Under the pieces are notes generated by a model. That model worked only from the letters and a program-made list of their open reading frames with translations. It made no database searches and was not told the origin of the DNA. A stretch of DNA of 64,000 bases from a virus (Duplodnaviria; Caudoviricetes): positions 1,609 through 65,608 of IMG/VR virus record IMGVR_UViG_3300030372_003981. The stretch is one strand, 5' to 3'. Positions 1 through 8,524 of the stretch are shown here, in pieces (positions within the stretch are counted from its first letter, which is position 1; each line of letters opens with the position of its first letter). A program made the position numbers and the translations under genes.

Positions 1-93
1 TTTGAAAAGGGAGAATCTAAAGCAAAAGGAAGTTTTGTTAAGTTGTTACCAACATTTCTAAGGGAGCTTGCTTTTGAAAATAAAGATAAATAA
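1..93 (+). CDS. 3' end of an upstream gene (partial; ...SFVKLLPTFLRELAFENKDK*)
   Basis: Frame +1 open from base 1 to TAA at 91-93. Confidence 0.6.
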   Translation, partial: FEKGESKAKGSFVKLLPTFLRELAFENKDK

Positions 94-101
94 TAATTTA
101 T

Positions 102-109
102 TATATTTG
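102..109 (+). promoter_or_regulatory. Bacteroidota sigma-A -7 element (TATATTTG)
   Basis: Exact TAnnTTTG in an intergenic gap 24 nt before ATG 134, followed by an A-rich leader. Confidence 0.6.
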
Positions 110-133
110 TATAATCTATAAAAAGAAAATAAA

Positions 134-619
134 ATGGCATATTCAACAACACCTTCTGCTAGCGCAAGTGTATCAATAACACAGTCGGGGTATACATCTT
201 CTGATGTAACTATAACAAATAGAATGACTTTGCATGATATCACGCATGCTGCTGGTTGTAAAAGAAGTACAGGTTTAAAAAGAGTATTGGGGACAAATAA
301 TAGTAATGCTGGTATTTTAATATTTGACACATCTTCTTATTCTGCTGCAAGTGCAGCTACTACTAGAGGTAGAGGTTATTTATACATAAGCAACCCTAAC
401 ACTACTACAAAGGGAACTAGAAAGTTTTCTGTTCATGAAACTGATGTTTCTGGCGCTTTACTTTGTGAGTTGTATGAAGGGGACTTTTTGTTTTTACCTG
501 TAACTCTTCATGACGGAGCAGATATTACTGTTTTATCATCAGACGATACATTTCCGTTAGAGTATATGATTATATATGAAGGAGCTGATGCAGGATATAT
601 ACCAGGACAAGAATTATAA
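134..619 (+). CDS. Putative virion accessory protein, paralog family A
   Basis: 161 aa, S/T-rich beta composition; YLYISNP motif resembles YLKNL/YVRITSL/YLRITNL in the 637, 30445 and 30916 ORFs. Confidence 0.6.
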   Translation: MAYSTTPSASASVSITQSGYTSSDVTITNRMTLHDITHAAGCKRSTGLKRVLGTNNSNAGILIFDTSSYSAASAATTRGRGYLYISNPNTTTKGTRKFSVHETDVSGALLCELYEGDFLFLPVTLHDGADITVLSSDDTFPLEYMIIYEGADAGYIPGQEL

Positions 620-636
620 AATTAAAATAAAAAAAA

Positions 637-1062
637 ATGGCTTTTAATGAAACATCACCAGTTGTAACAGCACAGGTAGGAGTAAAAAGTACGACTATAT
701 CTAATGCTGCAATAAATGTATACTGTAATTTTACTATGAGAAAAAGAGGTTCTTTAACAGATAATCTTGATGTATCTAGTGGTGTACAAAGAATTACAAA
801 TGGACAAACAGGTATAACAACCATTATAACAGGAAGTTTAATTACTGACACAAAAAATGGATTTGTTTATTTAAAAAACCTATCTTCAACAGCTGGAGAA
901 GAGTTGTTGGTAACTATAGCTTCAACTGTAGTAGGTAATATTCCTCCAGGTTCTGCTGCATTAATACCATTTCAGGGGGACAACGATTTTAAAGTGACCC
1001 ATGCAAGTAATGCGTCACAAGAGTATGAGTTTCTTCATATATTTGAAGATACAACACATTAA
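637..1062 (+). CDS. Putative virion accessory protein, paralog family A
   Basis: 141 aa, tandem with and similar in layout to the 134 ORF (FVYLKNL ... YEFLHIFED). Confidence 0.6.
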   Translation: MAFNETSPVVTAQVGVKSTTISNAAINVYCNFTMRKRGSLTDNLDVSSGVQRITNGQTGITTIITGSLITDTKNGFVYLKNLSSTAGEELLVTIASTVVGNIPPGSAALIPFQGDNDFKVTHASNASQEYEFLHIFEDTTH

Positions 1063-1081
1063 TAATTAAAAATTAAATAAA

Positions 1082-1276
1082 ATGGGAAGTTTATTAGACC
1101 AATTAAAAGGAGGTATGGCTAAGCCAACAAGACGCTCAAAAGCTGGTGGCTCTAAATCAAAAGTAAAAAGAAAAATATCTAAAAAAAGTGCTGGAGATTA
1201 TGCTAGAGCTACAAAAGCTCCGCCTCGTACTCCTGCAAGAACAAGAGGTAGCAAAACTTTAAGTAGAGGAAGATAA
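1082..1276 (+). CDS. Small K/R-rich basic protein
   Basis: 64 aa, A-rich start context, LKGG/KAGG motifs. Confidence 0.6.
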   Translation: MGSLLDQLKGGMAKPTRRSKAGGSKSKVKRKISKKSAGDYARATKAPPRTPARTRGSKTLSRGR

Positions 1277-1283
1277 ATAGAAC

Positions 1284-1871
1284 ATGCCTAGTAATAAGTT
1301 TTTTTATGAAGGCAGTGTTGTATTAAACAACATTATAGATAATTTAGATTTATCTGGGTGGATTAACAGAAGTACAAGCGCTGCAGTTAATAAGGGTGCA
1401 ACCAGTATTGTTTCAAGTGGTAGTTTTGCCACTTTAGTAAATGTTGGAGATATACTTATGGACAGTTTAACAGATAGGTTTATTGGTAGAGTTAAAAGTG
1501 TTTCTACCACTACTGTTGTTTTTGAAAAACCAATAGAAATATCTTTACCTGCTAATTCTTTTGTTCATGTATATCCTAAGTTTGAAATTTCAAAAATTGA
1601 AATTATAGGTAATGAAACGTATATTTTAGAGTTAATTCCTTCAAACACAAGATATATAGGAAGCTCTTTGCCAGACAGAGATACTTGGGCATCTAAGACT
1701 GAAGAAGATTTTGGAGCTGTAAGTGGAGATGGGTCTAAAGTTGAAACTCAAGCTTTGGTCGTGGGAACTGTAATAGAGGGTAGATTTAAAAGGGTTGTAA
1801 TAGATAATACAGGTGTTGCTATTAATCATGCAGCCATTTGTTATTTAAAAGCAACACCAACAATAATGTAA
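1284..1871 (+). CDS. Putative virion accessory protein, paralog family B
   Basis: MPSNK start, PKFEI and C-terminal EGRFKRV...AICYLKA shared with the next ORF. Confidence 0.65.
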   Translation: MPSNKFFYEGSVVLNNIIDNLDLSGWINRSTSAAVNKGATSIVSSGSFATLVNVGDILMDSLTDRFIGRVKSVSTTTVVFEKPIEISLPANSFVHVYPKFEISKIEIIGNETYILELIPSNTRYIGSSLPDRDTWASKTEEDFGAVSGDGSKVETQALVVGTVIEGRFKRVVIDNTGVAINHAAICYLKATPTIM

Positions 1872-1882
1872 AATAAAAAATT

Positions 1883-2509
1883 ATGCCAAGTAATAAAACA
1901 AGTATATATGATGGGTCAGTTTATTTATTAAACGACACCTTGGATTTAACTGGACAAGTTGGTTTAGCAGATACAGCTATAACCAGGGGTGACGCTACAA
2001 TTACTGTAGACAATGGAACTTACGACTGGGTTGTGGGTGATGATGTTTATGGTTGTGAGTCTTCTGGTTTAGGTGAAGTAAAACACATAGGAACCATATC
2101 TAGCATTACAGTTAACAGTGGAACGTCTGGTGGTAGCGATTTAGATGCAACATTAACATTAATAAAACCAGCTAAAATATCTGTAGCTAATAATGGTATA
2201 ATAATAAATACATTACCAAAGTTTGAAATAGCAGCTATACAAATAGTGTTAACAGGAACTTTAACCAATTTAACTCCAGTTTTAAACTATTATCCTGGGT
2301 CTAAATATTCTGATGGGGCAACAACTTGGAGTGACGCTACTAGTGTTTCGTATTATGGGGCCGCAAGTGGAAGTGCTGGTGTTGCGTATGCCCTTGGGAA
2401 CATTGATGCAGGTATAACCTTAGAAGGAAGATGGAAAAAAGTAACTATGAGTAGTAGTGATGCATGTATATGTTATTTAAAAGCAGCTTCTAGTAGAGGG
2501 CAAAAATAA
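1883..2509 (+). CDS. Putative virion accessory protein, paralog family B
   Basis: MPSNK, PKFEI and EGRWKKV...CICYLKA motifs. Confidence 0.65.
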   Translation: MPSNKTSIYDGSVYLLNDTLDLTGQVGLADTAITRGDATITVDNGTYDWVVGDDVYGCESSGLGEVKHIGTISSITVNSGTSGGSDLDATLTLIKPAKISVANNGIIINTLPKFEIAAIQIVLTGTLTNLTPVLNYYPGSKYSDGATTWSDATSVSYYGAASGSAGVAYALGNIDAGITLEGRWKKVTMSSSDACICYLKAASSRGQK

Positions 2510-2515
2510 TAAATA

Positions 2516-3241
2516 ATGAATGTAAGCGACCTATATAAATTTTCACTGGGTCAATATGGGTCGGTGACATTAGATTCTCATGAGCAGTTATCTCTAATTG
2601 GCTCTAATAAGTATCTTATAGGAGCTATACATATATTAAGTAACAGAGAGTCCTCTGCTACAGATAATTCATTTGTATATTTAGTAAGTAACGATTTAAA
2701 CCCCTTATATTGGGGAACACACTATGGTGCTTCTATGGTTTTACAATTTGATGGGGTCAATGTAGACTCAACAAATGATACCATAAAGATAAATAATAGT
2801 GTTGATTGGCAATATATTAGAGTTGGTCATTCTTTTAATTATTTTAAGAGAGGCCAAACTGATTCGTCTTTAGGTATGACCACGGGAACAATAGACGGTT
2901 CTAATACTCCACATGGTGTAACTACATATTATGTAATAGATAAAAATGAATCTAATAAAACAATTAAGATTTCCACTTCTTTAAATGGTAGTGCTGCAAA
3001 TTTAACTCAACAATCAGATGTAGCTGGAAGTAAAAGAGCTTTAGTGTTTCCTGCAATAGAACAACAAACTACAGCTAAAATAGAAAACTGTATAGATGCT
3101 GATTCTGCTAACCATGACGCAGGACCTTTTGTTGCTGGTGATAATATAGTAGAAGGCGTAATATTGTATGGAAGATGGAATTTTGTAAGAATAGGCCAAT
3201 TTGTAAGGGCTGTGGCTTATTTAATTCCTAAAATTATATGA
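2516..3241 (+). CDS. Putative virion accessory protein, diverged family B member
   Basis: C-terminal EGVILYGRWNFV...AVAYL matches the family B end motif. Confidence 0.55.
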   Translation: MNVSDLYKFSLGQYGSVTLDSHEQLSLIGSNKYLIGAIHILSNRESSATDNSFVYLVSNDLNPLYWGTHYGASMVLQFDGVNVDSTNDTIKINNSVDWQYIRVGHSFNYFKRGQTDSSLGMTTGTIDGSNTPHGVTTYYVIDKNESNKTIKISTSLNGSAANLTQQSDVAGSKRALVFPAIEQQTTAKIENCIDADSANHDAGPFVAGDNIVEGVILYGRWNFVRIGQFVRAVAYLIPKII

Positions 3242-4326
3242 TTACTCGTATTAATTATAATAGGGGTAGAAGGTTTTTAAATCCTTTAGAAATAGAAGCT
3301 CAATATCACACAGAAGATAGAGCAACAAATCCTGATTTATTGTTATGGATAGACTTTACAGACCCAACTGCATTAAGAAGTTTTGCTAGTGGTGGCATGT
3401 CTTCTCCAAATAGTGGTCAAGAGATTATGATAGCAGAGAATAAATCTTATTTTGCTACAGGTGCTAATGCTGGTATGGTTAGTGCTGGAGATAAGGCTTT
3501 AGGAACTGCGGTTTATCAAACTGATGTTTCTAAATGTCCTGTTTATACTGACCCAGGAAATGGCACACCCCCATATGCAGACTTTTCTAATGGAGACTTT
3601 ATGGAAGCTGTTAATACCTTAGGGAGAGTATCTGCTAGTAATTTTTCTACATCAGAAATAGAAACTAATAAATTTTGTGCTTATTTTGTTTGTGGAAGGT
3701 CTGATACGGTTCCATCTCAAACTCAAGATGTTATGTTTATAACAACAAATGATTCTACGGGAACTAATAATGCTGCTACAAATCAAATATTGAGATTTTC
3801 TTTTGATGCTAACCAAAAAGGTAATTTTGAAATGTACGATGGAAACCTTTCTCCCCCTAACCATTATGGCTATACTGTTTATGATACAGCAGACGATGGA
3901 AATCCACATTATCACATGTTTAATGCCTATGAAGTTTATAATACTAATTCAAACTATACTAGTTTACAAGCAGATGGTTTGTTTCATCAATTTACAGAGT
4001 CATATGATTATAATAAACTTTCTAGTCCTGGGTTTTCTATATCTCCTGGTGTAAGTGGTTCACTTACAAGAACATTTCAATTTACAGGCACACCTGGAAC
4101 TTATCACCCTAGTATAACAATAGGTGGTCAATCTTCACTTGGAGTTGCAACGCCTGCAAAGGGAAGTTTTGTGGGTAGAATTTATGAAGTTTTATTGTTT
4201 AAAAGTGAACATGCAGGGCCATCTCCATTAGATGTTTTATTTTATAATAAAAATTTTAAAAGAAGATGGTCTAATATGTTGTATTATTTTCAAAGAAAAT
4301 ATCAGCGTATTACACCTAAAATATAA
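3238..4326 (+). CDS. LamG/concanavalin-like tail-associated protein
   Basis: LLLWIDFTD start and G-R-I-Y-E-V-L-L-F end resemble phage lectin-like tail domains. Confidence 0.5.
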   Translation: MITRINYNRGRRFLNPLEIEAQYHTEDRATNPDLLLWIDFTDPTALRSFASGGMSSPNSGQEIMIAENKSYFATGANAGMVSAGDKALGTAVYQTDVSKCPVYTDPGNGTPPYADFSNGDFMEAVNTLGRVSASNFSTSEIETNKFCAYFVCGRSDTVPSQTQDVMFITTNDSTGTNNAATNQILRFSFDANQKGNFEMYDGNLSPPNHYGYTVYDTADDGNPHYHMFNAYEVYNTNSNYTSLQADGLFHQFTESYDYNKLSSPGFSISPGVSGSLTRTFQFTGTPGTYHPSITIGGQSSLGVATPAKGSFVGRIYEVLLFKSEHAGPSPLDVLFYNKNFKRRWSNMLYYFQRKYQRITPKI

Positions 4327-4330
4327 TTAG

Positions 4331-4338
4331 TATATTTG
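4331..4338 (+). promoter_or_regulatory. Bacteroidota -7 element, ATG 4 nt downstream (probable leaderless mRNA)
   Basis: TATATTTG-tatg-ATG(4343). Confidence 0.6.
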
Positions 4339-4342
4339 TATG

Positions 4343-5407
4343 ATGAAAAAGATATTATTATTTTTTGTATTGTTAACTACATTATGTAGCTCACAAAACT
4401 TCTTTAAGTATTCTACTTTTTATGCGTCTTCAACAATAGGTTCTTCTACCTTAGAAGACGGTATGTTTAAGATAGAAAACAAAGAACTTCTAAATGTAAC
4501 AGAAGTAAATCCATTCGATTACAATATTACATTGGGTTGGCGTAAGGTGGCCCGTTTTGATTATGAAGGTAAAATAAAGTCTTTTTATGATGGCACAGAG
4601 TCAAACATGTCAAATAAAGCTCCAATAGGAAACGCAAAAGGCTTTGAATATCTTGCAAATATTTCATTAATACGAGATAGAGGAGAAGAGTACGTAAATC
4701 AGGATTTCTTTTTACGTTATTTAAGTGATTTATACGTTTTTAAAGCACAGTTTGTAGACAATCAAAGGGTAGACCTTAAATATGTGTTATCTGAGCTTAA
4801 AATGCGTAAAAATGTGGGAAATTGGGATTTTACCGCAGGAGCAGCATTTAGAATACACCCAGCATATGGGTTTTTACCAATATATGAGTTTTGGGACCCA
4901 GCTGTAACACCTTTTACGGCAATAGCAGAAGATTTTGGTTATGTAAGTCAACAGTGGATGCAAGGAAACTACGTTAATTACGACTGGTTTGATGTGTCAA
5001 GCGGAGACTCTGTAATGGTTGCACACACTACAGGAGAATTTATGCAGTATCATTTTGGTAATGCTATAGATGATTTTAATGATAGTGAATTAAAAAAACT
5101 AGGACTACAAAAAGAAATATCTGTAACACTGGGAGTTGCTTATTATAAGTGGACTCCAGAATGGTGGTTACACGGCTGGATGAATATTCTTCCTTACCAT
5201 GTTGGAATCGATGACTATAGCTTTGATTACACGCTACCCCAGTGGGAGGATGACCCTATACCAGCCGTCATAGAATGGGACGCAGGTCTCGTATTAGGAG
5301 TTAGATTAACAAAAAGCTTAGGAGTATTTGCGGAGGGATTACACCAAAGATATTGGATGAAACCTGTGTATGAGTTTAAGTTTGGTATAAATTATTTATT
5401 TTTGTAA
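4343..5407 (+). CDS. Outer-membrane beta-barrel protein with signal peptide
   Basis: MKKILLFFVLLTTLCSSQ signal peptide; alternating aromatic beta-strands; C-terminal YEFKFGINYLFL beta-signal-like end. Confidence 0.7.
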   Translation: MKKILLFFVLLTTLCSSQNFFKYSTFYASSTIGSSTLEDGMFKIENKELLNVTEVNPFDYNITLGWRKVARFDYEGKIKSFYDGTESNMSNKAPIGNAKGFEYLANISLIRDRGEEYVNQDFFLRYLSDLYVFKAQFVDNQRVDLKYVLSELKMRKNVGNWDFTAGAAFRIHPAYGFLPIYEFWDPAVTPFTAIAEDFGYVSQQWMQGNYVNYDWFDVSSGDSVMVAHTTGEFMQYHFGNAIDDFNDSELKKLGLQKEISVTLGVAYYKWTPEWWLHGWMNILPYHVGIDDYSFDYTLPQWEDDPIPAVIEWDAGLVLGVRLTKSLGVFAEGLHQRYWMKPVYEFKFGINYLFL

Positions 5408-5408
5408 T

Positions 5409-5921
5409 ATGAGGAAGATTGTATTTTTTTTGTTCATAACTCTGTTTTCTTTTGGGCAAGAGGTTTTTCTTTGGAATATAGGGGACCCAGATATTTATCT
5501 ACATTATATTGATGAGAAATGGTGTGATTCAACTGATAGCACTAGCACTGTAGCAGATTATATGACTCAATGGATATATAATGGTAACATAGATGATTGC
5601 CTCCAACCAAGTGAAGGATTTATAGAGGCTTGGTGGACTGAAGGTGAAGATGTCCCATTGGTACTACATGACTCATATGATTGTTGCTGTAAAGACGCAT
5701 CTACTCCAGGTCATGCAAGTGTAGGTTATACTGGATTTGGTGGTAGCGCGTGTGAAGATTATTTAATTTCTATAAACTGGAATCCATTTTCAGAAATGCT
5801 TTCAAAAAGCAAAGAGCAAGAGCAAATTGGGGAATTATATATTGATACGTTTGGTAGACAACACATTGTTCCGCCAAAGGGATTATCTATAAAAGACGGA
5901 CAAAAATATTTTAGATTATGA
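5409..5921 (+). CDS. Secreted Cys-rich protein with T9SS CTD-like tail
   Basis: Signal peptide ending FSFGQ; 6 Cys; C-terminus YIDTFGRQHIVPPKGLSIKDGQKYFRL. Confidence 0.65.
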   Translation: MRKIVFFLFITLFSFGQEVFLWNIGDPDIYLHYIDEKWCDSTDSTSTVADYMTQWIYNGNIDDCLQPSEGFIEAWWTEGEDVPLVLHDSYDCCCKDASTPGHASVGYTGFGGSACEDYLISINWNPFSEMLSKSKEQEQIGELYIDTFGRQHIVPPKGLSIKDGQKYFRL

Positions 5922-6577
5922 AGAAATTATTATTAATATTATTTGTATTTGCAAGCTCTATAACTTATTCTCAGGGTTATGATTTTCAACAATTATGTTT
6001 AGATTGTGCAGAACAAAATGGTTTTTATTGCGGTGATGACCCAGCTAATTGGACTCAATACTCTCCAAATGGGTGCGTCCCTAATGGTGAAGGTGGATTG
6101 TTTTACCTAAACGATGGGTGGGAAGATTGTGTTGATGGCGCCGATGAGGATGATGCTGAGCCAACTTCAATGGACGAATGTGCTCCACCTATGGAAGAGT
6201 GTGATACTATTTTTGTAGAAATACCTTTGATTCAATATGAGTATATATATCAAATTGACACAATAACTGAAATTGAAATAGTAGTACAGACAGAAACAGA
6301 ATATATATATGTAATAGATACGGTGTATGCAGATGTATTAGACACTATGTTTATAGATGTAATAGAGTATGTTGAGATATTTATTATTGATACACTAATG
6401 CAGGTTGAGATAGAATATTTAGATTGCGAAACAGGAATGCCATGTAATAGTGGTATACAAGAAATAATAAACAAGTCAACAAGTACAGGTTTTATATATA
6501 ATTTACAGGGACAAGTAATAAGAAAACCAGAAGATATTTATATCGAAGGAGGGAAGGTTAAATATAAAATTTATTAA
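5918..6577 (+). CDS. Secreted protein with LDL-receptor class A-like motif, DT-repeat stalk and T9SS CTD-like tail
   Basis: Signal peptide ending TYSQ; LNDGWEDCVDGADE; C-terminus SGIQEI...IYNLQGQVIRKPEDIYIEGGKVKY. Confidence 0.7.
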   Translation: MKKLLLILFVFASSITYSQGYDFQQLCLDCAEQNGFYCGDDPANWTQYSPNGCVPNGEGGLFYLNDGWEDCVDGADEDDAEPTSMDECAPPMEECDTIFVEIPLIQYEYIYQIDTITEIEIVVQTETEYIYVIDTVYADVLDTMFIDVIEYVEIFIIDTLMQVEIEYLDCETGMPCNSGIQEIINKSTSTGFIYNLQGQVIRKPEDIYIEGGKVKYKIY

Positions 6578-6578
6578 A

Positions 6579-6749
6579 ATGAAAAAACCAAACAATCCTG
6601 GATTAAAAAAATTACCAGAAGATGTAAGAAACAAAATGGGCTACATGAAGGGTGGTGGAAAAATCAAAAAGAAAAAAAAGAAATACATGAGTGGTGGAAA
6701 GATGTATGAATATGGACATGGAGGCAATATACTAAAACAACACGATTAA
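6579..6749 (+). CDS. Small basic protein (56 aa, not in ORF track), ends HGGNILKQHD
   Basis: ATG 6579 to TAA 6747-6749, coupled to the next ATG; three YxxGG motifs. Confidence 0.75.
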   Translation: MKKPNNPGLKKLPEDVRNKMGYMKGGGKIKKKKKKYMSGGKMYEYGHGGNILKQHD

Positions 6750-7111
6750 TGTATACATACAAAGCAAAGCTAGATAGGGTGATTGACGGAGACACTATAG
6801 ATGTAAATATAGATTTGGGATTTGATATCTCTGTTCATAAAAGAGTTAGATTAGCGGGTATTGATTCCCCAGAGTCTAGAACAAGAGATTTAGAAGAAAA
6901 GAAAAGAGGACTTGCCTCTAAAGCTAGATTAATAGAGCTTTTAGACAAAGGTGATTTGGTGGTGGAAAGTAAAGAGGTGGGCAAGTATGGTAGAGTTTTA
7001 GGGGTTTTACATATACACCCTGAAGACAATTTACCTTTTAATATTAACAACACTCTTGTTGAAGAAGGTTATGCTGTTGAATATTGGGGGGGTAAAAAAA
7101 AGAAAAAATGA
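6749..7111 (+). CDS. Thermonuclease (staphylococcal nuclease-like)
   Basis: RVIDGDTIDV, VRLAGIDSPESRT and GKYGRVLG SNase motifs. Confidence 0.9.
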   Translation: MYTYKAKLDRVIDGDTIDVNIDLGFDISVHKRVRLAGIDSPESRTRDLEEKKRGLASKARLIELLDKGDLVVESKEVGKYGRVLGVLHIHPEDNLPFNINNTLVEEGYAVEYWGGKKKKK

Positions 7112-7323
7112 TGAACATATTTAAAGACGATAATAACTGGAACGAAAAGTCTATAATAGGCTTTGTGGCTTTTGCGATTATGGTTTTAATTATGATAGCT
7201 GATTTAGTAACAGGGTGGGTGGGCAAAGACCTAGTTATTAATAAGTTTGTATATGACTCCTTTGTGTGGGTGGTTCTTGGAAGTTTCGGAATTAGTGGAG
7301 TTGAAAAATTCGCAAAAAAATGA
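7108..7323 (+). CDS. Small two-TM membrane protein (holin-like)
   Basis: Two hydrophobic segments in 71 aa. Confidence 0.55.
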   Translation: MMNIFKDDNNWNEKSIIGFVAFAIMVLIMIADLVTGWVGKDLVINKFVYDSFVWVVLGSFGISGVEKFAKK

Positions 7324-7601
7324 AAGAAATATCAGAAGAGTCCAAGTTTGAGGTTAGCTTAAAAACATTAGGCGGAATATCAGTTTTAATTTTTGCTTTT
7401 GTGGGCATGTGGTTTACACTACAAGCTGATATAGCTGAAGCAAAAGAACTTCCAATTCCACCAGACCCTGAGGTAACCCAGATGGAGTTTAAAATGAAAG
7501 ACGAATATATTAGAGCTTCGATTTTAAAAACAGAAGAGGACGTTAAAGAAATAAAAGACGACATTAAATATCTTAGAGAAAAGATGGATAATATGAATTA
7601 A
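7320..7601 (+). CDS. Single-TM protein with C-terminal coiled coil
   Basis: Hydrophobic segment LGGISVLIFAFVGMWF, then a heptad-like charged tail. Confidence 0.55.
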   Translation: MKEISEESKFEVSLKTLGGISVLIFAFVGMWFTLQADIAEAKELPIPPDPEVTQMEFKMKDEYIRASILKTEEDVKEIKDDIKYLREKMDNMN

Positions 7602-7602
7602 C

Positions 7603-7992
7603 ATGAATATAGCAAACCACATATTAATATTATTAGGTATTCTATTTTTTATAGCAGGTGCCGCTCTTGGGCAAGACTTTGTGAGCTCTGATAATTTTAA
7701 TAAAACAATAGCAAAAGATGTTGTAGTTGTAGAGTTTTGGGTAGACTGGAATTCTTCTAATGAATTTGCAGAATTAAGTAAACTTAAAGAGTGCGAAAAG
7801 TATAGAGTAGATATTGGTAAATGTAATAAAGTGCAAAAAGAATATAATATATCTGCTGTGCCTACAGTTTTAGTTTTTGAAAACGGAAAAGAAAAAGAAA
7901 GGTTTAACCCAAATATAATGTTTCAGTTAGATGCTGATAAAAAAACAATTCAAAACTCTGTTGATACACTTATATTAAATAAATTTCAATAA
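7603..7992 (+). CDS. Exported thioredoxin-fold protein lacking CxxC
   Basis: Signal peptide; VVVEFWVDWNSSN at the WCxxC position; YNISAVPTVLVFENGKE cis-Pro motif. Confidence 0.75.
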   Translation: MNIANHILILLGILFFIAGAALGQDFVSSDNFNKTIAKDVVVVEFWVDWNSSNEFAELSKLKECEKYRVDIGKCNKVQKEYNISAVPTVLVFENGKEKERFNPNIMFQLDADKKTIQNSVDTLILNKFQ

Positions 7993-8501
7993 TGTCACAA
8001 GATTTACAAACATATTCAGCACAAAAGATAAAGATACAAGCACTTAGAGGTGATTTTTTTCAATTAACAATTAATGTAAAAACTAGCTCTGGGGCAAATT
8101 ATGATTTTTCAAACGATTCAAATAATGCAAGTCAGTTTGATAATGCATATTTTACTGTAACAGATTCCAATGGTAATCCACCCTTAATGTATACTCAACA
8201 AGATGTAGAGGGGTCTACTGGTAATATAGTAAACTTTTCTGCAACCATAACACAAGATGGAAAAATATCAATAGAGTCTTCTAATGATACTGGATTTTGG
8301 CCTGCTGTTGGAAAATATAAATATTCTTTATTTACAGAAAAAGTTGGAGACAATGGTAGCACTAGTCCCTCTCAGCTTACTACGTGGATTTATGGAGAAT
8401 TTATTGTAAAAGAAAGCAATCCTGCCTTTAGTTATTTGGGTGGAATCCCAATTGATGATGACGGCAATCCATTTGTTGCTGGTGGTGGGGTGACATATTA
8501 A
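7992..8501 (+). CDS. BppU-like Ig-fold tail adaptor protein
   Basis: RGDFFQLTINVK...YDFS...GKYKYSL...WIYGEFIVK pattern. Confidence 0.5.
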   Translation: MSQDLQTYSAQKIKIQALRGDFFQLTINVKTSSGANYDFSNDSNNASQFDNAYFTVTDSNGNPPLMYTQQDVEGSTGNIVNFSATITQDGKISIESSNDTGFWPAVGKYKYSLFTEKVGDNGSTSPSQLTTWIYGEFIVKESNPAFSYLGGIPIDDDGNPFVAGGGVTY

Positions 8502-8524
8502 AATGTGTAATAAAATTTTGCAAG

